Assembly (NCBI GenBank): GCA_963700635.1
Contig: CAVOYH010000003.1
Coordinates: 1,312,001-1,376,000, forward strand
Reading direction: 5' to 3'
Length of the DNA: 64,000 bases
Origin: an uncultured Bacteroidota bacterium
Lineage (GTDB): Bacteria; Bacteroidota; Ignavibacteria; UBA10030; UBA6906
Numbering within the stretch: the stretch's first letter is position 1; each line of letters begins with the position of its first letter. Below, in pieces: positions 49,317 to 60,148 of the stretch. The notes under the pieces were generated by a model. The model worked only from the letters and a program-made list of their open reading frames with translations. It did no database searches and was not told where the DNA came from. The position numbers were made by a program, and so were the translations under genes.

Positions 49317-50414
49317 ATGCACATACGAAACGTGATGTTCACATGGGTCCTGCTGCTCACTGCTGCGGGCACAACTTCCCTGTTCCTTTCAGGATGCGGC
49401 AACAACGCGGATGGTCGGGGCTTTTCCATGCCACCGATGCCTGTTGAGGTCAGCACCGTTGTGGTGCAGAAGGTCGAAGATAAGTTTGAGGCTATCGGGA
49501 CCATGGAGGCAATCGAAGCGATTACCGTAGTGGGAGAAATTGATGCATCCATCAAGAGTCTTCCCTTCAAGGAGGGGGGAACCATCAGGAAGGATGAACT
49601 GATTGCCCGGCTCGACGATGCGCAGCTTGCTGCCGAAGTTGCCCGTGCCGAAGCTCTCCTGGCCCAGAGCAAATCTACGTACAAACGGGTGAAAAGTGTG
49701 GTCGATCAGGGAGCTGGCGCGCCGCAGGATCTCGACGACGCTGCCGCCGGGTTGAAGGTTGCCGAGGCAAATCTTGATCTGGCCCGCGCACGATTTGCCA
49801 AGACCAGAGTCGTGGCGCCGTTTGAGGGTATTATCGGTGCCCGGCGGGTTAGTGTTGGAACATTCCTCAGGGCCGGCCAGGCCATCGCAGACCTGGCAAA
49901 CATCGGCGAGATTCGTGTCACCTTCTCTGCACCGGAACGGTTTCTTGCCCGGCTTACACCGGGTGCCGGGGTGAGCATCGCCAGTCCGGCTTACCCGGGG
50001 ACCAGACTTAACGGACGGATTGCGGTCGTGGAACCTATTATCGACCCCAACACACGCAGTGCGCGGGTTGTGGCGCGGGTGCAAAACGTCGGGCAGAAAT
50101 TCCGGCCCGGCATGTCCGCCAATGTGTCGGCAGTCCTGGGCACACGTCCGGATGCGATCACGATTCCCAACGAAGCCGTGTTCGGCAGCGGCAATCAGTC
50201 GTTTGTGTTTGTTATGAACCCCGACAGCACGGTCGCGCGCGTAGTGCTCACGCTCGGGACCCGCTCATCGGAATACGTGGAAGTGCTCGAAGGGCTTGCA
50301 CCGGGGATGATTGTGGTGAAGGCAGGTCATCAGAAACTGTTTGACGGGGGAAAAGTGTTCCCGATCTTCAGCGAACGGCCGACCGGGATCGATATGAAGC
50401 AAGGCGGGGGCTAG
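49317..50414 (+). CDS. RND efflux periplasmic adaptor (lipoprotein)
   Basis: Lipobox LSGC, VVAPFEGIIG, FRPGMSA and VEVLEGL. Confidence 0.92.
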   Translation: MHIRNVMFTWVLLLTAAGTTSLFLSGCGNNADGRGFSMPPMPVEVSTVVVQKVEDKFEAIGTMEAIEAITVVGEIDASIKSLPFKEGGTIRKDELIARLDDAQLAAEVARAEALLAQSKSTYKRVKSVVDQGAGAPQDLDDAAAGLKVAEANLDLARARFAKTRVVAPFEGIIGARRVSVGTFLRAGQAIADLANIGEIRVTFSAPERFLARLTPGAGVSIASPAYPGTRLNGRIAVVEPIIDPNTRSARVVARVQNVGQKFRPGMSANVSAVLGTRPDAITIPNEAVFGSGNQSFVFVMNPDSTVARVVLTLGTRSSEYVEVLEGLAPGMIVVKAGHQKLFDGGKVFPIFSERPTGIDMKQGGG

Positions 50415-50419
50415 CGCAT

Positions 50420-53400
50420 ATGAACATCAGCGCCACGTCCATCAAGCGGCCGGTCTTTGCCACCGTTATGAGCTTCGGGATTCTGCTCTTTGGGATCATT
50501 TCGTTCTCCCGTCTGCCGGTCCGTGAGTATCCGGACATTGACCCCCCCATCATCTCCGTCGTGACATTCTACCGCGGTGCGAGTCCGGACGTTGTGGAGA
50601 CCGAAATAACAAATGTCCTGGAAGAGCAATTTGCCACGCTGGAGGGCGTCAAGACGATGACCTCCTCCAGCAGGGAACAGGGCTCGGTCATCACGATAGA
50701 GTTTGAACTGAACAGGAAGGTGGACGAAGCAGCGAACGATGTGCGTGACCGGGTTTCGCGTGTGCGTGGCAGACTTCCCCGCGAAATCGAGGACCCAGTT
50801 ATTTCAAAAGTTGACGTAAACGCCCAGCCGATTGTCTGGCTGGCCCTCTCGAGTGATATGCACAACGGTCTGGAATTGACCGATGTTGCCGACAGGGTAC
50901 TCAAAGAACGGATTCAACGGCTTACCGGTGTGGGGTCGGTGTTCATAGGCGGCGAACGGCGCTATGCAATGAGGGTCTGGCTGGATCCCCTGCGCATGGC
51001 TGCCCACGGGCTAACGACACAGGATGTTGAGGCCTCAATCCGGAGGGAAAACGCCGAAATTCCGGGCGGCCGCGTGGAAGGAGCAGAGCGGGAGTTTGCG
51101 GTCCGCACGCGCGGAGAGCTTACGACTCCGGAAGAATTTGGCGCGATTATCATATCCCAGAGCAACAATGATATCGTCCGCTTGCGTGATGTTGCGAAAG
51201 TGACGGTGGGGGCCGAAGACGAGCGGACGGTCGCACGGTACAACGGAAAAGCAGCGGTTGGACTCGGCATTGTAAAACAGTCAAAAGCGAGCACCGTGGA
51301 TGTCGCGGCCGAGGTGCGGAACGGCCTCGGAGATTTAACGGCACTGCTTCCCGCCGGTATGAAGCTGGATATTGCCTATGACTCATCAACATTTATCAGC
51401 GAATCGATCAACGAAGTCGTTGAATCGCTTATCATCGCCATCTGTCTGGTTATCCTCGTCGTGCTCGCATTTCTTAAAAGTCTGCGTGCAACAACAATCC
51501 CAACGGTTGCAATACCCATCTCCATCATCGGTGCGTTGACGGTTGTCTATTTTGCCGGTTTCTCCATCAACATCCTGACCCTTCTCGCGCTTGTACTTGC
51601 CATCGGACTTGTGGTGGACGACGCTATCGTCGTGCTGGAAAATATCTACCGCCACATGGAAATGGGAAAGGACCGGTGGCGGGCAGCACTGGACGGGAGC
51701 AAGGAAATCGGATTTGCCGTTATTGCCACCACCATCACGCTCGTGGCTGTGTTTGTGCCGGTTGCATTCCTCACAGGCTCTGTGGGACGTCTGTTCAATG
51801 AATTCGGGATGACGCTTGCAGTTGCGGTGCTGATTTCCGGATTCGTTGCGCTGACACTTTCCCCGATGCTTTCGTCGAAGATTCTCCGGCCGCTTCACGG
51901 TACAAGTTCTGGATGGCCGTCACGCTCTTTCGACGCATTTTTTGACTGGCTGACCGCAATCTATGAACGGACCGTGCGGTTCAGCCTCCAGCACAAGGTT
52001 GTCATGGTTGCTGCCGCAGGCGCAACGGTGATCCTGAGTGTGGTGCTGTTTCGGTACATCCCCAGCGAACTCGTACCGGTTGAGGATCGCGGGATCGGAT
52101 TTGGTATTGTCATTGCCCCCGAGGGCGCGACGCTCGAGTACACGGATAAGTATATGCGTCAGGCGGAACAACGTATTATGGCATTGCCGGAACGGCGGGG
52201 GCTGTTTACTGCTGTCGGGCTGGGCTTCGGCGGGCCGGGCCGAGTAACAAATGGTTTTATGTTCCTGGCCCTGAAACCGCAGAATGAGCGGGAAAAAACA
52301 CAGCAACAGATCGTTCAGGAATTGTTTCCGCAGCTTCTGTCGATTCCGGGCGTGCTTGCCTTTGTTGTCAACCCGCCCAGCCTCGGAGGATCGTTCAGCT
52401 CAAGCCCCGTGCAGTACGTGCTGCAGGCGGAGAGTTACGAAGAGCTGAGCCAGGCAGTCGGGATCATGATGGGTGAAGCCTCAAAACTCGGCACATTGCT
52501 GAATCTGGATACGGATCTACGATTAAACAAGCCCCAGCTGGACCTTGTCATTGACCGGGAGCGTGCGGCGGGACTCGGGGTTTCGGTGACGGATATCGGG
52601 ACTACGCTGGAGACCTTTCTGGGTGGCCGCGCTGTCACAAACTTCAAGCGTGGGACAAAGCAGTATGATGTGATTGTCCAGATGGAACCGTCAGCCCGTG
52701 CAAGGCCTGATGCGATACGGGAGATCTATGTCCGGGGAAGCGGGGGGCTTGTGCAGCTTGCCAATGTGGTGCGGGTGAATGAAACCCTCGGACCGAAAGA
52801 GCTGAACCATTACAACAGAGTCCGTTCCGCAACACTCACGGCCCAGCTTGTCCCGGGCGTGAGCCTGGGTCAGGCCTTAAGCGATCTTGACCGCATCGTA
52901 GAGCAGAAACTTCCCGCAGGGGTGAAAAGGGAATTCGCTGGCCAGTCGCTGGAATACAAGAGCTCCAGCGCGAGTCTGTATTTTATGTTTGTTCTCGCCG
53001 TTGTCTTCATTTACCTCGTGCTTGCCGCACAGTTCGAGAGCTTCGTTCACCCATTTACCATCCTCCTGGCCGTTCCGCTTGCAGTGTTCGGTGCTTTGTT
53101 GACGCTCTTCCTCTTCGGGGAGACCCTGAACATCTATTCTCAAATCGGACTGATCATGCTTGTGGGCCTTGTGACAAAAAACTCGATTCTTATCGTGGAA
53201 TTTTCCAACCAACTGCGGACGCAAGGCAAATCCGTGTACAGTGCCGTGATTGAGGCTGCGACAATCAGATTACGGCCGATTCTGATGACCTCTTTTTCGA
53301 CGGTATTCGGCGTGTTGCCCATAGCGCTCGGACTCGGCGCCGGAGGCGAGTCCAGGCGGCCGCTGGGCCTGGCCGTTGTCGGCGGAGTCCTTTTTTCGAC

Positions 53401-53557
53401 GTTCCTGACACTCATACTTGTCCCTGTCTTGTACTCCATGCTGGCGAGGTTCACAAAGGCCGTGGAGGCAGGGGGAGATGCGCCGGAGCATGAGAACGCG
53501 GGCATCACCGATGATCGGATCGTTAACACGCCGAAACCGCAGAATGTCATTGCGTAG
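50420..53557 (+). CDS. RND efflux permease (AcrB/AcrD/AcrF family)
   Basis: IKRPVFA, LPVREYPDID, GLVVDDAIVVLENI, GLVTKNSILIVEF and RLRPILMT. Confidence 0.96.
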   Translation: MNISATSIKRPVFATVMSFGILLFGIISFSRLPVREYPDIDPPIISVVTFYRGASPDVVETEITNVLEEQFATLEGVKTMTSSSREQGSVITIEFELNRKVDEAANDVRDRVSRVRGRLPREIEDPVISKVDVNAQPIVWLALSSDMHNGLELTDVADRVLKERIQRLTGVGSVFIGGERRYAMRVWLDPLRMAAHGLTTQDVEASIRRENAEIPGGRVEGAEREFAVRTRGELTTPEEFGAIIISQSNNDIVRLRDVAKVTVGAEDERTVARYNGKAAVGLGIVKQSKASTVDVAAEVRNGLGDLTALLPAGMKLDIAYDSSTFISESINEVVESLIIAICLVILVVLAFLKSLRATTIPTVAIPISIIGALTVVYFAGFSINILTLLALVLAIGLVVDDAIVVLENIYRHMEMGKDRWRAALDGSKEIGFAVIATTITLVAVFVPVAFLTGSVGRLFNEFGMTLAVAVLISGFVALTLSPMLSSKILRPLHGTSSGWPSRSFDAFFDWLTAIYERTVRFSLQHKVVMVAAAGATVILSVVLFRYIPSELVPVEDRGIGFGIVIAPEGATLEYTDKYMRQAEQRIMALPERRGLFTAVGLGFGGPGRVTNGFMFLALKPQNEREKTQQQIVQELFPQLLSIPGVLAFVVNPPSLGGSFSSSPVQYVLQAESYEELSQAVGIMMGEASKLGTLLNLDTDLRLNKPQLDLVIDRERAAGLGVSVTDIGTTLETFLGGRAVTNFKRGTKQYDVIVQMEPSARARPDAIREIYVRGSGGLVQLANVVRVNETLGPKELNHYNRVRSATLTAQLVPGVSLGQALSDLDRIVEQKLPAGVKREFAGQSLEYKSSSASLYFMFVLAVVFIYLVLAAQFESFVHPFTILLAVPLAVFGALLTLFLFGETLNIYSQIGLIMLVGLVTKNSILIVEFSNQLRTQGKSVYSAVIEAATIRLRPILMTSFSTVFGVLPIALGLGAGGESRRPLGLAVVGGVLFSTFLTLILVPVLYSMLARFTKAVEAGGDAPEHENAGITDDRIVNTPKPQNVIA

Positions 53558-53652
53558 CCGTGCGCATATCTTGCGCGGCATCGGCGATGTTCTTATCTTT
53601 GCGACACCATGCCGGTCCGGAAACCTATAACCTCACCCCTCGGAGAGGGCTC

Positions 53653-54285
53653 TTGACGTCCCGGAATCAACAGCACCAACGTCGGCCCTCACCGGCACAG
53701 CGGACAAGCACCACATTTCTCATAAAAAACATGGTCTGTGCCCGCTGCATAAAGGTGGTACACGAAGAACTGCGCCTGCTTGGTCTTGACGTCCGGAGCA
53801 TCAGCCTCGGCGAAGCGGTGGTCTCCGGCAAGATCAGCGCCAGCATCACCAACAGCGTGAAAGCTATGTTGCAGCGCAACGGGTTTGAGTTGATCGAAGA
53901 CAGACGGATCAACACCATCGAGCAGATCAAACTCGCCGTACTCAAACTCGTCAGAAGCGGACTCCGGGACGAGACACGGTTCCGCAACTATTCGGAATCA
54001 CTTGCGCGGGAGATCGGACAGGAGTACCACACTCTCAGCGCACTCTTTTCTTCCATGGAAAGCGTCACCATCGAGCAGTACATCATTCTGCAGCGTATCG
54101 AGCTTGTCAAAGAACTTCTGAAGTACGGCGAGCTTACCCTCAGTGAAATCTCCTATAAGGTGGGTTATAGCAGTGTTCAGCACCTTTCGAATCAGTTCAA
54201 GAAGGTTACCGGGCTGACGCCAAGCCAGTTTAAGAAGATGATGGCAAACACCAGAAAACCCCTCGACCAGGTCTCCCCGGCCTGA
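53653..54285 (+). CDS. AraC-family regulator with N-terminal CxxC (HMA-like) domain
   Basis: IKNMVCARC; LTLSEISYKVGYSSVQHLSNQFKKVTGLTPS. Start uncertain (TTG after GGAGAGG). Confidence 0.88.
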   Translation: MTSRNQQHQRRPSPAQRTSTTFLIKNMVCARCIKVVHEELRLLGLDVRSISLGEAVVSGKISASITNSVKAMLQRNGFELIEDRRINTIEQIKLAVLKLVRSGLRDETRFRNYSESLAREIGQEYHTLSALFSSMESVTIEQYIILQRIELVKELLKYGELTLSEISYKVGYSSVQHLSNQFKKVTGLTPSQFKKMMANTRKPLDQVSPA

Positions 54286-54400
54286 AGTAAAACGGCACGC
54301 CGTTGCCCATCTCCGCATCCCCATCATGGTCAGCTATAACAATTTTCCGGAATTCTGTAACGCCAGAGGGACTCCTCACCCGTATATTGAGGTGTGAAGA

Positions 54401-56690
54401 ATGCAAGGAGAAACAATGGCACCGGCGGTGGATAAAATGACTAAAACGATGACCCTCCCCATCGAGGGAATGACCTGCGCCAGCTGCGTTCTCCGCGTGG
54501 AGAAGGCATTAAAGCAGGTCGAAGGAGTCCAGGATGCGGCCGTGAATCTCGCGTCTGAAAAGGCGCGCATCACATTCGATCCATCGCGCGTATCAATCCA
54601 GGAACTCCAGGATTCTATCGAGGAATCGGGGTACAAACTTGTGGGCCCGGATCCGGTCAGGATCGGATCGGATGGTCCTGCCGGTGAACCGCCTGGCAGG
54701 CAGGCGGCGCTAAAGCGCTTGAAAACGGAGACTCTCATCAGCGCGCTGTTTGCACTGCCGATCATGGCTCTGAGCATGTTCAGCTTGTCAGACTGGTATA
54801 TGAGCCAGTCCCCGCTGTCCATGGAGACGACCAACATGATTCTGTTTCTCCTCACGACAGTGGTCATGTTCATCCCGGGCCGGAGGTTCTTCAAAGGGTT
54901 CTGGACTACGGTGCGGCATCTGAATGCCGACATGAATACGCTGGTTGCCGTTGGTACGGGCGTTGCATATCTGTACAGCTCCATCGCGGTGCTTTTCCCT
55001 GCCCTGCTTTCCGTCAACGGGGCCACGCCCGAAGTCTATTTTGACACGGCGGCGACGATCATCACATTGATACTCTTCGGCAAACTTCTTGAGGCACTGG
55101 CAAAACAACGAGCCTCGGATGCCATCAGAAAGCTGCTCGATCTTCAGCCAAACAGTGCCCGGGTGATCAGGGATGGACAAGAATCCGATGTGCCCGTTGC
55201 ACAGGTTCAGACCGGTGACATTGTTCTTGTGCGTCCGGGGGAGAGAATTCCCGTTGACGGCACGATTACGCGCGGATTTTCTGTGCTCGACGAGTCCATG
55301 ATCACCGGCGAGAGTCTTCCGGTGGAGAAGCGCGCCGGTGACCATATCGTTGGCGGCACGATCAATCTCAATGGAAGTATTGAATTCGAGGCGACCGCGG
55401 TGGGACAGATGTCCGTGCTCTCGAGAATCGTTGCCATGGTGGAGGAGGCACAGGGATCAAAAGCTCCTGTGCAGAGCCTTGCGGACAAGATCGCGTCGGT
55501 ATTTGTGCCTGCGGTGATCGGGATCGCCTTACTCACGTTTGTATTCTGGTATGTGCTTGCCGGACAGCCCTTTACCCACGCACTTGTCAACTTCATCGCG
55601 GTCCTCATTATTGCGTGTCCCTGTGCGCTTGGTCTGGCCACTCCCACGGCAATTATGGTCGGGACAGGTGCGGGTGCCAGGATGGGTATCCTGATAAAGA
55701 ATGCGGAGAGTCTGGAAAGGACACACCACGTGCGTACGGTGGTTTTCGACAAAACCGGTACGGTTACCACCGGAAAACCGGAGGTGAGCGCGGTGTTTCC
55801 TCTGAACGGGAGTGACCGGACACATGTGCTGAGGATGGCCGCGTCCATTGAACGACTGTCAGAACATCCCCTGGCAGGTGCAATCGTCCGCTACGCAGAG
55901 CGTGAAGGAATCCACCCCGAACAGTCTGAGGCATTTCAATCTGTCACTGGGCTGGGCGTGGCCGGCGCAGTCGGAGGGATTCCCGTGATCGCGGGAAGTC
56001 CGCACTTCATGAAGGAATACGGTATTCAGGTTGACGACCATGGCGAAAGACGTTGCCCGTATCGCAGCGCAGGGAGAGACCTCGGTGCTCGTGGCGATAG
56101 ACGGAACGGTGGCCGGGCTGATAGCGATCGGAGATACGATGAGGGAAACTTCTCCCGGGGCCATACGGGCACTCCACGAGATGGGGCTTGAAACAGTCCT
56201 GCTCTCGGGTGATAACGAGACGACGGCGCGCGTCATAGCAGACAGGGCCGGCATTGACACTGTTATTGCTGGAGTCCTGCCGGAACAGAAGGCGGAGCAC
56301 ATTAAAACGCTTCAGGCCGGGGGGAAGATTGTCGCAATGGTCGGTGATGGCATTAATGACGCCCCTGCTCTGGCGCAGGCGGATATTGGCATAGCCATCG
56401 GAACGGGAACGGATATTGCCATGGAAACCGCAGGCATCACCCTCATGAACGGCGATCTCAGCGGAGTCGTCCGTGCCTTCCATCTGTCATCCCGCACCCT
56501 CCGGGTTATCAAGCAGAATTTATTCTGGGCCTTTATTTATAACGTCATTGGAATCCCTCTTGCCGCCTTTGGCATGCTGAACCCCATGATCGCCGCGGCA
56601 GCAATGGCGTTCAGTTCTGTGAGTGTTGTCAGCAATTCGCTCCGGCTGAAGCGTATCAGGGGAACAAGCGGAGCCTCGCGCACGTTGTAG
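54401..56690 (+). CDS. copA: Cu(I)-translocating P1B-type ATPase, frameshifted near 56040
   Basis: GMTCASC, YFD, TGES, CPCALGL, DKTGT and SEHP in the first frame; [12 protein letters not shown] and MAFSS in the +1 frame ending at 56690. Confidence 0.92.
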
Positions 56691-56771
56691 CAAGAGGGGC
56701 ACTGTGACGTTGGCACGTAAAAATCTTACAGTTCACACTCTTGGGCACTCTCTGGCAGATGTATGCACGTT

Positions 56772-57218
56772 ATGACTAAGAAAATACGCTTCCTGAGCCG
56801 CGCTTTTCTCGCACTCTTTGTCATTGCCAACTCTGGCTTCACGGTTGTGCTGGAGCGTTGCACGATGGCGGAAAACACGGATAGTATGCAGTGCTGCTGC
56901 GGGATGGATCCAGGGATGTGCTCCGACGCATGCGGAGACACGGAAGGGTCTGTGATGAAGCATGGCCCGGTCGTAGAAGATTCTCTGCCGTGCCGTGTTG
57001 TTGCTGTTGCAGGCGGGCTTCAAGATCAACCAATCATTCTCGAACAGGAATCGACAGCTCGACACCTGGTGAAGTCAAATCCGGTGTCAGCACACTTCGT
57101 ATCCCCGGCACCCGACGGGATGGGCCACACGGAGTACGTCCGACTCTCCTCTGGTTTCTCTGCCGTGTCTCCACCCTCCGTGGGGACGTATCTCTTCCAT
57201 TCCAATCTCCGACTCTGA
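56772..57218 (+). CDS. Cys-rich exported metal-associated protein (HYC_CC_PP-like)
   Basis: Hydrophobic N-terminus, ERCTM, QCCCGMDPGMCSDAC and C-terminal PPSVGTYLFHSNLRL. Confidence 0.6.
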   Translation: MTKKIRFLSRAFLALFVIANSGFTVVLERCTMAENTDSMQCCCGMDPGMCSDACGDTEGSVMKHGPVVEDSLPCRVVAVAGGLQDQPIILEQESTARHLVKSNPVSAHFVSPAPDGMGHTEYVRLSSGFSAVSPPSVGTYLFHSNLRL

Positions 57219-57409
57219 GATTCCCTCTGCGTTAGGGGTGTAAGGAAAGGACTGTCTGACGGTCCAGCACTTCACCCGCGACCCGATTCAATTCTTCTGT
57301 TGTATTCACTGTTTACTGCACCCGCTTGGAATGCGACCACATCGTTTTCTGAAGAATCACAGATTCTTCTGAGCCGTGCGGATGCGACATTATCATGGGA
57401 GTACATGGT

Positions 57410-58756
57410 ATGGTTTCCATCAGATTTCTTATCCTCATTTCACTCGTCACGGCGGTTTGCCATACACTCATGGCAGACCAGGAAAACGCCGCGGGTGGCA
57501 TTGCAGGTTCTACGGGGGCGGCAATGGAGGTTTTGCAGACGGCCGCTCGGGCGGACAGCGAAGCCACCCTTGCCGTCTTTCTCACGCAGGCCCGCGCGGC
57601 CAGTCCGCGTCTGAAGGCCGCACAGACCCGGGCCCGGAGCGCGGAAGGTCGTGTCGATCAGGCAGGAGCGTGGGAAGACCCACAGGTTGGTGTTGAGATT
57701 ATGGGGACGCCGATCACCTCCATAAATCCATTCAGGGACGGAATGGAAACCGACTATTTCATTCAACAGATGATCCCCCTCTCCGGCAAGAAGGGGCTCA
57801 TGCGAGATGCCGCATCAGCAGGCGCCCTCAAGGCCGAACAGACTGCGTATGCCGTCGAACGCACGCTGCGTGCCGATGTGAAGAAGGCGTATGCGATGAT
57901 ATTCTCGGCGCAGCGCAGGATTGGTGTGACGATCGAGAATCGGCGCCTGCTCGCGGAAATCCTTGAATCGACCCGCACCAAGTACAGCACGGGCCAGGTT
58001 TCGCAAAGTGATCTGCTCAAGGTACAGGTCGAATATGCAAGACTGGAAAACGATCTTGCGGGGATCGAACAAGAGTTGGTCAACGCGACAGCGATGATGA
58101 ATATGTTGCGCGGACTTCCGGCGGTAACGCACATCGGCCGCGTCGCTGACGTTCCACTGACAGCGGTACAGGGAACTCTGGAAGAGCTTACGGCACGGGC
58201 TCTGGAGGTCAGGCCCGAACTACGCGGCATGAATTATGAACTCGAGATGAACAGGGCCGAACTCGCGGCGTCCCGGCGAGAAGCGCTGCCGGATCTGATG
58301 GTGCGGGGCATGTACATGCAGATGGCGGAAGGCAAGGACCGGTGGGGTGCTATGGTCAGCATCAACCTTCCCTTTGCCCCCTGGTCCGGTGGAAAGTATG
58401 CAGGGAAGATCGAGGAATTCACGCTCGTCGCCCGGGCCACCGAACAGTCGTTGGCAGACATGCAGAGTATGATCCAGGCGGAGGTCCGGGATACCTGGAC
58501 AAACACCGTGACTGGATGGCACCAAATAGAACGCTTCCGGCAGGTTATCCTTCCGCACTCTGAACAATCGATGCGCGCCATCCTTGCCGCCTATACAACC
58601 GACCGGACGGACTTTCTCTCGTTGCTGGACAGTTATCGGATGCTGCAAAGGGCAAAGTTGGAGTTCGCCATGCTCGTCGGCGACTATGCGATTGCCCTTG
58701 CGAAGCTTGAACGCGCGGTCGGCGAGGATCTCCGGCAGGATGAATCACACAGGTAG
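57410..58756 (+). CDS. CusC/TolC-like outer-membrane factor
   Basis: WEDPQV, QQMIPLSGK, LPDLMV and LAKLERAVG; first gene of a cusCBA-like operon. Confidence 0.88.
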   Translation: MVSIRFLILISLVTAVCHTLMADQENAAGGIAGSTGAAMEVLQTAARADSEATLAVFLTQARAASPRLKAAQTRARSAEGRVDQAGAWEDPQVGVEIMGTPITSINPFRDGMETDYFIQQMIPLSGKKGLMRDAASAGALKAEQTAYAVERTLRADVKKAYAMIFSAQRRIGVTIENRRLLAEILESTRTKYSTGQVSQSDLLKVQVEYARLENDLAGIEQELVNATAMMNMLRGLPAVTHIGRVADVPLTAVQGTLEELTARALEVRPELRGMNYELEMNRAELAASRREALPDLMVRGMYMQMAEGKDRWGAMVSINLPFAPWSGGKYAGKIEEFTLVARATEQSLADMQSMIQAEVRDTWTNTVTGWHQIERFRQVILPHSEQSMRAILAAYTTDRTDFLSLLDSYRMLQRAKLEFAMLVGDYAIALAKLERAVGEDLRQDESHR

Positions 58757-58788
58757 TGCTTGCTCCACACAAAAAAGGAATTACGGTG

Positions 58789-60102
58789 ATGAAGAATCTT
58801 CTGGTCTTACTTCTTCTTGGTGTCGTTCTTAGTGCGCCGGCATGTTCACGGTCATCGGACGAAAACGGTCATTCGGCAGCAGACCACGCCAAAGATGTCT
58901 TGTTGAACGCGCAGGGTGAGTACTATACCTGTCCCATGCATCCGTCGGTCATTTCTGACAAGCCGGGGGCCTGTCCCATTTGCGGTATGTCACTTGTCAA
59001 GCGTGTCAAGCAGGCTCCGGTTTCCGAAGGAGACATTGGTGATCTCAAGGCCGTCAGCCTTTCGGTTGCACAACGTGTCATGGCCAATGTCGCCACCCAG
59101 CCGGCCCGCCGCCACACGCTCATGCACATCATCGATGCGGTTGGCGTGATCGAGTATGCAGAGCCCTTACAGGCGATAGTTTCTGCGCGGTTCAGAGGAC
59201 GCATAGACAAACTCCATGTCAACTTCACCGGCGCCGTTGTCCGCAAGGGTCAGCCCCTTTTTGAGATGTACAGCCCGGATCTGATATCAACACAGCGGGA
59301 GTTCGTCCTGGCACTACAGTCTCTCGATGGGGTGTCAGGCGCCGGAGTAGATTCGCCGGTCAGGGCACAGGCAGAGGCGATGGTGAACGCTGTCAGAGAC
59401 CGGCTCCGCGTGCATTACGGCATGACCGCCGGGCAGGTTGAAACGATTGTGTCGACGCGGCAAACCGGTTCCAGCATGACGTTCACCTCTCCGATTCCGG
59501 GAACGGTCGTAGCAAAGGAGGTTCAGGAGGGACAGTATGTTGACGAGGGAATGCTGTTGTACCAGCTTGCGGATCTTTCCACCGTATGGGTGTACCTGGA
59601 TGTCTATGAACAGGACATCCGTTTTATCAGGAAGGGTCAGATGGTCAGCATGACCACAGAGGCATATCCCGGCGAGAAATTCACCGGACGTGTAACCTTT
59701 ATCGATCCCGTGATAGATCCCCAGACGCGCACGACAGGAGTCAGGGTTGAACTGAACAACGCCGGGGGCAAGCTCAAGCCGCAGATGTATGTTCGTGCCG
59801 AAACTCGTATCCCTCTCTCCAATGCGCTGGTCATTCCGTCTTCTGCACTCCTCTCCACGGGCAAACGGGATGTGGTGTGGGTCGAAGTACAATCAAATCT
59901 GTTCGAGCCCCGGAATGTCCTGACAGGGGTCAATGACGGAGCGCACGTGCAGATTCTCGACGGGTTAAAGGAAGGAGAGCTGGTGACAATCCGGGGAGGA
60001 TTCATGCTTGACTCGGAAAGCCAGCTCCAGCAGCCTGCCGGAAAAAATGCTGATCAGGCAGGGGATGAAGCGCCGGTCTCAGGACAGGTTCACGCGCATT
60101 GA
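58789..60102 (+). CDS. cusB: CusB-type periplasmic adaptor with heavy-metal-binding domain
   Basis: YYTCPMHP...PGACPICGMSLV, YSPDL, LKPQMY and FMLDSES. Confidence 0.9.
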   Translation: MKNLLVLLLLGVVLSAPACSRSSDENGHSAADHAKDVLLNAQGEYYTCPMHPSVISDKPGACPICGMSLVKRVKQAPVSEGDIGDLKAVSLSVAQRVMANVATQPARRHTLMHIIDAVGVIEYAEPLQAIVSARFRGRIDKLHVNFTGAVVRKGQPLFEMYSPDLISTQREFVLALQSLDGVSGAGVDSPVRAQAEAMVNAVRDRLRVHYGMTAGQVETIVSTRQTGSSMTFTSPIPGTVVAKEVQEGQYVDEGMLLYQLADLSTVWVYLDVYEQDIRFIRKGQMVSMTTEAYPGEKFTGRVTFIDPVIDPQTRTTGVRVELNNAGGKLKPQMYVRAETRIPLSNALVIPSSALLSTGKRDVVWVEVQSNLFEPRNVLTGVNDGAHVQILDGLKEGELVTIRGGFMLDSESQLQQPAGKNADQAGDEAPVSGQVHAH

Positions 60103-60148
60103 TCCCTTGGCAAGTCCGGAAGACTGATTCTGAACAAAGGAGTTTCCC

